Origin: a virus
Virus record (IMG/VR): IMGVR_UViG_3300031758_000004
Coordinates: 32,001-96,000 of that record
Length of the DNA: 64,000 nucleotides
Direction: 5' to 3' (one strand)
A program made the position numbers and the translations under genes. The notes under the pieces were generated by a model. That model did no database searches and had not been told where the DNA came from. It saw nothing but the letters and a program-made list of their open reading frames with translations. Positions 48,171 to 57,144 of the stretch are shown here, one piece after another (position 1 is the first letter of the stretch; every line of letters begins with the position of its first letter).

Positions 48171-48513
48171 ATTTAATATCTTCTATTTTATAATCTAATT
48201 CAATTAAAAGTAACTGACATTCAACTTTTAATTGAATTAGTTTATCTACATCAACCTCTTCTAATATAGACCTACTTATTGATTCCATTTCATCTAAAAT
48301 AGTTTGTCTAATCTTATAAAGATCTTCTAATACATCTTCCTTTATCTCTAATAAGATAGATTTATAAAAAGGATTTTTTGTTAAATCTTCTCTGTAAAAA
48401 TCAACACTAAATCCTTTAACTATCTTTTCAATATTTGAAATGATATCTTCCTCAGTATTAGACTGATTTAATTCTTTAAGTATTTTTTGATATTCATCAA
48501 AGTTTTTACCCAT
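48163..48513 (-). CDS. Hypothetical helical protein
   Basis: 116-aa ORF abutting smpB. Confidence 0.55.
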   Translation of the reverse strand: MGKNFDEYQKILKELNQSNTEEDIISNIEKIVKGFSVDFYREDLTKNPFYKSILLEIKEDVLEDLYKIRQTILDEMESISRSILEEVDVDKLIQLKVECQLLLIELDYKIEDIKSI

Positions 48514-48953
48514 TATCTAAAATTCATTTCTCTTTTAGCATCTCTATCAATATCCCTTTGTTTGATATCTTGCTTTTTATTCCAAAGTTTCTTACCTTTA
48601 CAAACACCAATTTTCAATTTCAATCTGTTATTTTGAATGAAAATACCTAATGGTATAATAGTAGTTCCTTTATCTTGTATAAGTCTATCTATTTTAGCGA
48701 TCTCTTTCTTATGTAATAATAATTTCTTTTCACGATTTTCATCATGAACTTCAATTTTATGAGACCATTTGTAACGAGAAACTTTTAAGTTTTTAATCCA
48801 TAACTCACCAGACTTAAAGTAAGCATACGAATCAACTAAGGTAACATCACCTCTTCTGATAGATTTAACTTCACTACCTGTTAAAATAATACCGCAATCA
48901 AATTCTTCAATTACATCAAACGAATATCGAGCCTTTCTATTACTTACTATCAT
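48513..48953 (-). CDS. smpB: SsrA-binding protein SmpB
   Basis: NRKARY, GIILTGSEVKSIR, KKLLLHKKEI, TIIPL, GKKLW tail. Probable start ATG 48953. Confidence 0.93.
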   Translation of the reverse strand: MIVSNRKARYSFDVIEEFDCGIILTGSEVKSIRRGDVTLVDSYAYFKSGELWIKNLKVSRYKWSHKIEVHDENREKKLLLHKKEIAKIDRLIQDKGTTIIPLGIFIQNNRLKLKIGVCKGKKLWNKKQDIKQRDIDRDAKREMNFR

Positions 48954-49016
48954 ATATTTTTTATACAAAAATAAACAAAAGTTTTATAAGGGGCTACATT
49001 ATTTAATATATAAATA

Positions 49017-49151
49017 ATGAAAAAGTGTAAATGGTGTAATAAAGAATTGGTTGATAAAAGATCTGACTCTCTTTTTTGTAGAAGATCTTGTAAAGGAATG
49101 TTCAGTAGAAAGAAAAAAATAGAAAATGAAAAAAGAGATAGAAAAGTTTAA
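49017..49151 (+). CDS. Small zinc-finger ORF (44 aa), not in the ORF track
   Basis: MKKCKWCNKELVDKRSDSLFCRRSCKG... directly after TTAATATATA (49003-49012). Overlaps the endonuclease start. Confidence 0.6.
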   Translation: MKKCKWCNKELVDKRSDSLFCRRSCKGMFSRKKKIENEKRDRKV

Positions 49152-50190
49152 GTCTATACACGGTGATGCTTATGACTACTCATTAGTTAATTATATTAAC
49201 AATATAACAAAAATAGAGATAATATGTAAGATTCATGGCGTTTTTGAACAAACACCACATCATCATAAACGAGGTGGTGGTTGTGGTAAATGTACAAAGG
49301 GTGCGCCATCTTTATCAAAGGATGATTTTATCAAAAAGTCGGTTAGTAAACATGGTAATTTATATGATTACTCATTGGTGAATTATATTAATAATAGGAC
49401 TAAAGTCGAGATAATTTGTACTAAACACGGAATTTTTAACCAAACTCCACAATCACACTTAAATGGTAGTGGATGCTCAATGTGTAATGTGAAATGTATA
49501 AAAAATGATGAATTAATAAAAAGATTTAATGATAAACATAATGGTTCTTATACTTATCTCCTCTGTGAAGAAAGATATAAATTGTCGGACTTTATAGATA
49601 TCAAGTGTGAAATTCATGGTGTGTTTACACAAAGAATATCAAACCATCTTGTATCTGGTTGCCAGAAATGTGGTGGATTTGTATATGATAATGATGATTT
49701 TGTAGATAAATCGATTAAAGTACATGGTGATAAATATGATTATAGTTTATCAGTATATAAAAACTTCAAAACTGATGTTAATATAATATGTAAAAAACAC
49801 GGAATTTTTAAACAAAAACCTTATTTACATACATCTGGATCAGGTTGTGCTAAATGTAATGAGTCAAAAGGTGAAAAGATTATATCTTGGTTTTTGACTA
49901 AAAAAGGTATAAAATATGAAACACAAAAAACTTTTGATGATTGTGTTTATAAGAAAAAATTAAGATTTGACTTCTATTTACCCGAATATAATACTTGTAT
50001 AGAATATAATGGTATTCAACATTATGGAGAAGTTAAAGCTTTTGGAGGACATTCTTATTTATTAGATATTAAAACTAAGGATAATATAAAAGTTAATTAT
50101 TGTAATAATATGAATATAAATTTAATAGTGATAAAATATACAGATTTTGAAAATATATCTAACATAATTAGTAATTATATATCATTATAA
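49126..50190 (+). mobile_element. Free-standing homing endonuclease, paralogue of 21206-22102
   Basis: Four YDYS/CxxHG repeats, then LRFDFYLPEYNTCIEYNGIQHY. Confidence 0.85.
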
Positions 50191-50721
50191 TTCATTTAAT
50201 GAAAATGTTTCGTTATCCGCTCCAAATCTATTTTTCATTAGTTTAGCAACTCCCTTATCAATCATAAAAGCCAAATCAGCAATATACATACTTCCACTCC
50301 CTCCCTTTAAATTTTGAGATGGTGTTACTTCTAATGAAGTGTATGTTGGTGCAGTAAAAATTACTTTTAATCCACATTCTACACACTCACTTCTTAACTT
50401 TTCAACTATTTGATTTAATTGTATTGATTTATATACATCACTTTTTTGTAAATGTGGTAAATCGTTGTAATCAATCAATATGTATTTAAAGTTTATTTTT
50501 GATAAATCTTCCGAATCATTTAGAATAGAATCTAATCTAATATCTCTTATCTTTTGTTTAAGACTACCATTAAAAGAAAAAGATGGATCTATTTCTCTTA
50601 AATCAATATATGATAATTTAGAAATAAATTCATTTTTTAAATTTTTATCATTTGAAGTATATCCAATTGTAGTAAAGTTAGATTGATCTACTAAACTATA
50701 TAAATACTCAATTGATTTCAT
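50185..50721 (-). CDS. Degenerate DnaB/RecA-fold protein (inactive ATPase) with inserted RDxRL tag
   Basis: YILIDY, VEKLRS, YIADLAFMI and KLMKNRFG align to this window's own DnaB C-domain. The Walker A position reads TSNDKN. Confidence 0.65.
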   Translation of the reverse strand: MKSIEYLYSLVDQSNFTTIGYTSNDKNLKNEFISKLSYIDLREIDPSFSFNGSLKQKIRDIRLDSILNDSEDLSKINFKYILIDYNDLPHLQKSDVYKSIQLNQIVEKLRSECVECGLKVIFTAPTYTSLEVTPSQNLKGGSGSMYIADLAFMIDKGVAKLMKNRFGADNETFSLNEL

Positions 50722-50726
50722 AAAAA

Positions 50727-51053
50727 TTAATTTAAATGGTTATTAATTAATTCTTCTATTTTTTCTTTTGTTACATTTCCTGTATTTCTCTCAACTATTT
50801 CACCATCTTTATAGACAAGTAAAGTTGGAATATTTCTTATTCCTAATTCTCTAATTAAGTCTTTGGCTCCATCAGCATCTAATTTACCAACACTTAAACC
50901 CTTTTCTTTGTACTCTGAAGAAATTTGATCTACTAAAGGACCAACAACCCGACACGGTCCACACCACGTCGCTAGAACGTCAACTAATACCAAACCATTT
51001 TTAGTAAAAGACTCATAGTTTTGTTCATTTAATTCAGTAATATAAGCTATCAT
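50727..51053 (-). CDS. trxA: Thioredoxin
   Basis: ATWCGPC, IRNIPTL, 108 aa. Confidence 0.95.
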   Translation of the reverse strand: MIAYITELNEQNYESFTKNGLVLVDVLATWCGPCRVVGPLVDQISSEYKEKGLSVGKLDADGAKDLIRELGIRNIPTLLVYKDGEIVERNTGNVTKEKIEELINNHLN

Positions 51054-51149
51054 AATTTTATTTTATTTTTTATTTATATCATTTAAATATAAAAAAGTTT
51101 ATTATACAAGGGAAGCACCACCATTTTAATAACTACCAGTTTATAAAAT

Positions 51150-51866
51150 ATGGAAAATTTAACTTGTGAAGTTGCTTATATCTATGGATTGGTTGATCCT
51201 AGAAATGATGAGATAAGGTATATTGGTAAAACAATTAATCCACATTCCAGATTAGAAAGTCATTTAATAGAGTCTAAAGATATAAATAAAAAAAATTATA
51301 GAGTTAACTGGTTGAGAAAATTAACATCAATTGGTTTACATCCCAAAATAACCTTTTTAAGAACATGTCCATCTCATGAATATGAGAAGTATGAGACTGA
51401 GTATATAAAAATTTATTCTTGTAATAGATTAACTAACTCTGATGAAACTGGACAAGGCAATACAAATCGCAAGAGAGAAGTTTTAGATAGACAATCTGAA
51501 AACTCTGGTAAAAAAGTATATCAATATGATTTAGATGGTAATTTCATAAAGGAGTTTAGAAGTGCGAGAACAGCCGCTTCTGAATTAAATCTAAATCATG
51601 GTAATATATCAAGATGTTGTAATGGTAAGTTTAAACACACAGGGGGATATATTTTTAGATATGAAATGAATAGTGATATAAAATTAGAAAACCCCAATGC
51701 TGTTAAAAAAATAGTCATTGAGGTTGATTATAATGGATTGGAAATTAATAGATGGTTATCTATTATGGATTGTTCAAGAGATACAAAATTAGATCAGGGT
51801 AATATTAGTAGAGTTTGTAATAATAAATTAAGAAGTATTAAAGGTAGATTTTTTAAATTTCTTTAA
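51150..51866 (+). mobile_element. Free-standing GIY-YIG homing endonuclease with two NUMOD1 domains
   Basis: YIYGLVDPRNDEIRYIGKT...RL..H, then VYQYDLDGNFIKEF.S...A...GNISRCCNG repeated. Confidence 0.85.
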
Positions 51867-53127
51867 TTTTATTCTCTAAGTTTAGAACTTTTCTAACTTT
51901 ACCTTTAGTATCATTAACAATTTCTTTTCTAACCGATAATTCCAATAATAATTTCTCACTATCATCAATAATATCAGGCATTTTAAACCCCTCTTTTTCT
52001 AATAGAGAAATTGCTATAATTGGATCATCAGAAAACTCATTAAATAAAGTTTTAATTATATTTAATTGTTCTGATAGAGTGTAACCATTGAGTGAGTTTA
52101 TTGCTCTTGTGTTCTCAACAAGTCTTTTAAGTAAATCTAAATCTTCTTTACTCGGTTGACAATCTATATAATCTTCTGTGTTAAAATTATAAGACTTCCA
52201 TATTTTTTTAATCTCTTCATTTTCATAAACATTTCTTATATAGAATAAGAAGTTCTTACAAGTTTGAATAGATGTTATATCAGAGTCACTCCAATATTCA
52301 AATCCTTTATCAACCATGTTTATAACATCAAATAATACTTTTTCTTCTTTAACATATTTAACTGGTATCAATTTATATAACTTATCATCAGAATTAAACA
52401 TAGTTTTTATATACATCTCATCATCTAAACACCTAACTATATTAAAGTAATTACTTAACTTATCTGAGTATTTTTCAAATATTTCATAATATCTTTCTTT
52501 AAACATTCTTTTTGAAACATCTGAGAAATAGTAACTATTACTGATTACATAAGACAGGATCTTATACTCAAATTCATCTAATTCACAACCTAATTCATCA
52601 GACTTTTTAATTATTCTGATAGCAGTATGTGATGGTGTGGTTAAGTTAACTATCTTCAATTCACCGGTTTTCAAGAAATTCTCAAACTCTTTAGTCCAAT
52701 AAAATTTATCTTCATCAATTGAATAACCAACTGCTGTACAATTTATATCAAATGAGTCTATAATAAACTTTGGATCTTCGATATTTGAATCGTATTCTAT
52801 AATATTAAATATTCCGTCTTTTTCAGACGATGCGATTGAATAGAAATTTTTTGTGTAAGTACTCCAGTTTATACCAGTATAATCTTCATAAGCTTTAATA
52901 TCATCAACTTTATATCTATAAAGACTATCTCTATCAACATTAGAGAATTTATCTATTTTATTTCTAAAAATAAAAACATCAATATCATTTACAACTGCTT
53001 TTTTACCGGAAACTAATTCCCACGCAATATTAGCAATAGAACCACCAGCAATAAATCCTGTTTTTGGAATACCCCAAGTATCTTTAATTATTTGTAGAGC
53101 TGATCTACAAAGACTTTCTATATTCAT
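51853..53127 (-). CDS. Nucleotidyltransferase, CCA-adding/poly(A) polymerase-like head domain
   Basis: GFIAGGSIAN, NDIDVF (DxD), SFDINCTAVG, TAIRII. Confidence 0.65.
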   Translation of the reverse strand: MNIESLCRSALQIIKDTWGIPKTGFIAGGSIANIAWELVSGKKAVVNDIDVFIFRNKIDKFSNVDRDSLYRYKVDDIKAYEDYTGINWSTYTKNFYSIASSEKDGIFNIIEYDSNIEDPKFIIDSFDINCTAVGYSIDEDKFYWTKEFENFLKTGELKIVNLTTPSHTAIRIIKKSDELGCELDEFEYKILSYVISNSYYFSDVSKRMFKERYYEIFEKYSDKLSNYFNIVRCLDDEMYIKTMFNSDDKLYKLIPVKYVKEEKVLFDVINMVDKGFEYWSDSDITSIQTCKNFLFYIRNVYENEEIKKIWKSYNFNTEDYIDCQPSKEDLDLLKRLVENTRAINSLNGYTLSEQLNIIKTLFNEFSDDPIIAISLLEKEGFKMPDIIDDSEKLLLELSVRKEIVNDTKGKVRKVLNLENKIKEI

Positions 53128-53387
53128 TTTAAAAGTTTTATGAGTTTACTATCTCTTATTTCTTCTACTTTTGTGAAGAAACTTTTATCTATACAAAATT
53201 TATCAGCATGGATTTTAGAAGGGTTTTCAAATATCAGAAGTTTTTCTTCACCATCTTCAAAAGTATCCAAAACCATTAATTTTTGATTTCTATCAATACC
53301 AAATGACTCTAAAAGATTTTGACTGTCCTTTTTGAAAAGACGGTCAAAACCAGTACAGATAACTATATCACCAATATTAAAATCCAT
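53124..53387 (-). CDS. Small KOW/SH3-like protein with C-terminal RDxKL tag
   Basis: Starts FNIGDIVIC, ends IRDSKLIKLLK. Confidence 0.55.
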   Translation of the reverse strand: MDFNIGDIVICTGFDRLFKKDSQNLLESFGIDRNQKLMVLDTFEDGEEKLLIFENPSKIHADKFCIDKSFFTKVEEIRDSKLIKLLK

Positions 53388-54073
53388 TATTTAACTGTAT
53401 CAATACAATTTCTCCATCTACGACCTTCATAAACTTCATCAATTTTCTTAAAGTCGTTTTTAGTTTCACCAATAAGAATTGACCTACCATTTCTTATTTG
53501 TGATTTGATTGTACTTAGGTTTTTACCTAATTGATCAGAGATTTCTTTGTAAGACATTTTTCTAATCTCTCTCATTTCAATGACTGTTTTATATGGTTCT
53601 TTTAATTTAGATATTTGTTCTATCATAATAGAAGCCTTAATATCATTAGACTCATATAATTCTAAATTAGTTTGATAATCTTCAGGTATAAAATCTTTCA
53701 TTGTTGTACCTTCATCATCATACTCTGTATCAAGAGATACATTTCTTTTATCATTTTTGATTGCTTGAAGAGCAAGATTTTTAGCTATAGTGAATAGCCA
53801 AGTTGAAAATTGAGCTTTTTCATCATCATACTTATCAATCTTTTCAAAAGCTGTTAAGAACGAATCTGTTGCTATGTCTTCTGTTTTTTGAGGATCATTA
53901 CACATTTTAGAAGTGTAATAAATTAATTTTGGATAATACTTTTTGTAAAGAGTTGAAAAATCTTTACCTGTTTTTTCTACGAAAAACTTTTCTTGTTCTG
54001 AGAATAAAATGTTTTCTTTCATAATTGCCGTTAAAATTTTATTGACTGCCGTCATTGCCTTATATTTATTCAT
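53387..54073 (-). CDS. ECF-type sigma70 factor
   Basis: FSTLYKKYYPKL, DIATDSFLTAFEKI, FSTWLFTIAKN (region 2) and MSYKEISDQLGKNLSTIKSQIRNGR (region 4). Confidence 0.9.
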   Translation of the reverse strand: MNKYKAMTAVNKILTAIMKENILFSEQEKFFVEKTGKDFSTLYKKYYPKLIYYTSKMCNDPQKTEDIATDSFLTAFEKIDKYDDEKAQFSTWLFTIAKNLALQAIKNDKRNVSLDTEYDDEGTTMKDFIPEDYQTNLELYESNDIKASIMIEQISKLKEPYKTVIEMREIRKMSYKEISDQLGKNLSTIKSQIRNGRSILIGETKNDFKKIDEVYEGRRWRNCIDTVK

Positions 54074-54160
54074 AACTTAATCCCCTCTATGAGAAGACCA
54101 AGTAATATTATACTTATTTATTTATAAAAAGTTTACTACTTTTATAAATTTTTTTGTATA

Positions 54161-54574
54161 TTAACGGACATATTTAGTCTTAGCAGTCATTGTGTTTAAA
54201 TTCACAATTATATTATAATCCCAACCAGTAAAGGTTAATTTATTATCATCTTCATAGTATCCATTTGACTGATAAACGTTTAGAAAGTAAATTTTCTCAT
54301 CTTTCTTAATTAAGAAAGAGTCTTCATTTTCAAAAACTTCAATACCATTATCGAGAGTTTCAACTTTCTTAAATCTCATAATTTCATTTTCATTGAAATC
54401 ATATTCTTTTTGATAATCAAAAATCTCATTAAATGAGTCTTTTTCAATTTCCAATAAATTAATATTATCATCTTTTTTCAAGTTGATAATATTTGGGTTG
54501 TTCACTTCTTTTGGTGTAATAGCATTATCACCAACTGGGACATAATCATCCCAACTATCAAAATCTAGCTCCAT
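54161..54574 (-). CDS. Hypothetical protein
   Basis: 137-aa ORF in the minus-strand operon. Confidence 0.55.
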   Translation of the reverse strand: MELDFDSWDDYVPVGDNAITPKEVNNPNIINLKKDDNINLLEIEKDSFNEIFDYQKEYDFNENEIMRFKKVETLDNGIEVFENEDSFLIKKDEKIYFLNVYQSNGYYEDDNKLTFTGWDYNIIVNLNTMTAKTKYVR

Positions 54575-54586
54575 TTTATTTTGTTT

Positions 54587-54973
54587 TTAATTAATTCCTA
54601 AATCACCTAATTTTTCATCTCTTCTTTTTGAAATAATCATTGAATAAACTTTTCGTAAAAAGTCATCAAAATGATCATCTTCCATTACTCCATCAGATAT
54701 AGATACATCTAAATCTTTTTCCATTTTCATAATAAGATCTATAACGTCATAAATATCAATATCTGTAAGATTATTTATATCATATCCAATCTCTTTTATT
54801 TTGGATTCAATATCATACTTTTTATCCACTATTAACTCAACCAATTCATCAACGGTCTCAATTAATCTTATTTCAGATCTAGTATATGATTGTACTGTTA
54901 CCTCATGAGGACCATTTTTGAGTTTATTAAGCTCATCAATGTTTATATTGATATTTGGTGGATTTACACTCAT
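54587..54973 (-). CDS. Hypothetical protein with C-terminal RDxKL tag
   Basis: 128 aa, ends KRRDEKLGDLGIN. Confidence 0.55.
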   Translation of the reverse strand: MSVNPPNININIDELNKLKNGPHEVTVQSYTRSEIRLIETVDELVELIVDKKYDIESKIKEIGYDINNLTDIDIYDVIDLIMKMEKDLDVSISDGVMEDDHFDDFLRKVYSMIISKRRDEKLGDLGIN

Positions 54974-55194
54974 TATTTATGAAAATGTATTTTTGGTATT
55001 GTTTTGATAATCTCTACTGTGTGAGTGATGATGTTCTCATTATCCATGTGTTCAAAATGGTCGAAAACAAGTTGTTCAGCTTGTCCAATCCCATCAGCCT
55101 CAACTAAAACAACGGTCGAATATTTTTCAATTGTTCCTAATTGGTGGTGCTCCTCAACTACATTGATAGCAACCGTGTACTCATTGTGTGTCAT
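54973..55194 (-). CDS. Hypothetical protein
   Basis: 73-aa ORF abutting its neighbours. Confidence 0.5.
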   Translation of the reverse strand: MTHNEYTVAINVVEEHHQLGTIEKYSTVVLVEADGIGQAEQLVFDHFEHMDNENIITHTVEIIKTIPKIHFHK

Positions 55195-55199
55195 ATTAC

Positions 55200-55814
55200 T
55201 TAATTTAAAATTTTATCTATTTTTTCGTCTCTTATCTCACCAATGAAATGAGAAAGCATAGTATTTATATCCGAGTCAATAAGATGTCGGTTCGATAAAA
55301 TACTCATTTTATTTATATATTCAAAGAAATTAAACTGATTTCTCTTAATATCTTCTAAGTCTATATCTAATTTATCACAATCCGAAAAAAATGAATTTTT
55401 ATAATCTGGATAAATATTATTTACATATTTTTCTGATATACTCAATTTTCTACCAGTTATAACATCTTGTGGACTTTTATTCACAAACTCGTTTGTTATT
55501 ATATCATTTAGTGACTTACCAACTTCTATATAACCAATCTCACCATTAAGAATAACTGAATAGAAATATCTAGTTCCAATACTCTTAACTTTAGATGCGA
55601 TTTTAGAATTATCAAATTCTCTTTTGTAAAGCCAAATTTTATTTGATAGTTTACCATCTAAATCATAGTATATTTTACTATCAATATAGACGTATCTTGT
55701 CGATATATTCAAGTCAAAACTCTGACCGTTCCATATCGGTAAGATCCTAAACTCTTGATTATTTTCAATTTTAAATTTCATACTAATTATCAAAAAAGAA
55801 ACAACATCTAACAA
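55200..55814 (-). CDS. Degenerate T4 gp32-like ssDNA-binding protein with C-terminal RDxKI tag
   Basis: FRILP, RYFYSVI, VGKSLNDII, DVITGRKLSI and YPDYKNSFF resemble gp32 core motifs. Ends IRDEKIDKILN. The true start may be downstream of 55814. Confidence 0.5.
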   Translation of the reverse strand: MLDVVSFLIISMKFKIENNQEFRILPIWNGQSFDLNISTRYVYIDSKIYYDLDGKLSNKIWLYKREFDNSKIASKVKSIGTRYFYSVILNGEIGYIEVGKSLNDIITNEFVNKSPQDVITGRKLSISEKYVNNIYPDYKNSFFSDCDKLDIDLEDIKRNQFNFFEYINKMSILSNRHLIDSDINTMLSHFIGEIRDEKIDKILN

Positions 55815-56283
55815 AAGATGGATTTGTATCCAACTTACTCATTTTATCCAAAGTGGATTTAAAATTTGGAAAATCAGTCCAATCATACTCTAATAACTCT
55901 TTTAAAGTAAAGTATGAGTGTGAGTGACCGTCACCATTCCATTGTTCACACATATACTTATATCCAAAAGAAGCATCTTTTGGAATTCCTCTTGGATCTG
56001 AGATAGCATTATATTCTCCGTAACCTCTAACATCAGCTAATATTGAAAATAAAGAGTAGTTTCTACCAGAATAAAAACGTTCTTCATATAAGGTGTTCCA
56101 ATACTCATTAAATCCATCAGTTTCTATCTCCCAACTATCAGCAGATACCCATCTAAAATGAGATGGACTTTCATCTAAAATCTGATTTAATCTCAAATCT
56201 CTTTCTTCTGAAAGATCTCTTGGACCTTCATAATCATTAGAATCTGTCCACCTCTCTACAAAAAAATGACAATCACACCCCAC
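55783..56283 (-). CDS. Conserved phage protein (MGCD.H...RNY.LF..LA.VR family) with inserted RDxRL tag
   Basis: MGCDCHFFVE, GRNYSLFSILADVRG, PRGIPKD, HSHSYFTLKELL, RCCFFFDN. Confidence 0.65.
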   Translation of the reverse strand: MGCDCHFFVERWTDSNDYEGPRDLSEERDLRLNQILDESPSHFRWVSADSWEIETDGFNEYWNTLYEERFYSGRNYSLFSILADVRGYGEYNAISDPRGIPKDASFGYKYMCEQWNGDGHSHSYFTLKELLEYDWTDFPNFKSTLDKMSKLDTNPSFVRCCFFFDN

Positions 56284-56284
56284 A

Positions 56285-57076
56285 TTATTTATTTTTATAG
56301 TAATTTAACATATCTTGATATTTTTCATATTTTCTATCTAAATGAGTGGTTGTTTCATCATACAACCAATCTAAAACCTTAATTATTTGTCTATTACCTC
56401 TTAGATAAACTGAATATATCGACTTCATTTTTCTTAATTTAATATTAACATTATTTTTAGAAAGTATTAATTGTAAAGTCTTCATCAAATCATAAGAACC
56501 AACAATGGAAAAAGTATATCTTCTATAATTTTTATCCATTGAGTAAGTCAAACAACCATCACCATCAAAAATACCTTTTATAAAAAATCTATCAAATTCC
56601 GAATCTATATTTGGATAAGTAACAATTTTGCTTTTTCTCTTAACTAATCCTAAACAATCAACATCAGATAATAACTTTTTATCTTGTATTGTTAGATAAA
56701 AAATATCTTTACCGTTTATTATATTTTTCTTTTTTCTAACCGGCATATCACAATTTACATAAATTTTATCTCTCAATTTTTCCAAATGTCCCTCATCTTG
56801 TATATCCACTCTAATAAACTTACCACTATTATAACCATCAGCCATCAAAAAACCCAACCAATAAGCTTTATCTTCCGAATCTATTACTTCAAAATAATCT
56901 TTGTTTATCAAATATTTTCTATGAGTCTTTTTAACCTCAATATTATTAACTTTTAACCTGTTTGTTATAGTAGCGACATCAACATTAAAAAGTCTTCCTA
57001 TTTTACTAGCACTAAAATTCTCTTCGGTATAAAGTCTAATAATCTCTTTTTCATCAATTTGTTTTTTCTTTCCCAT
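56285..57076 (-). mobile_element. Free-standing double-motif LAGLIDADG homing endonuclease
   Basis: AYWLGFLMADG and FFIKGIFDGDG motifs with an N-terminal HTH. Confidence 0.88.
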
Positions 57077-57098
57077 ATCTTATATATTAAGATATGGG
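57072..57098 (-). promoter_or_regulatory. Start-codon-sequestering hairpin with embedded phage promoter
   Basis: Perfect 11-bp inverted repeat CCCATATCTTA/TAAGATATGGG. The stem contains the ATG and TTAATATATA spans the loop. Confidence 0.75.
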
Positions 57099-57144
57099 TT
57101 GTTCATTTCACCTTACCTTAGAATTATCTATTTGATACTATCTA

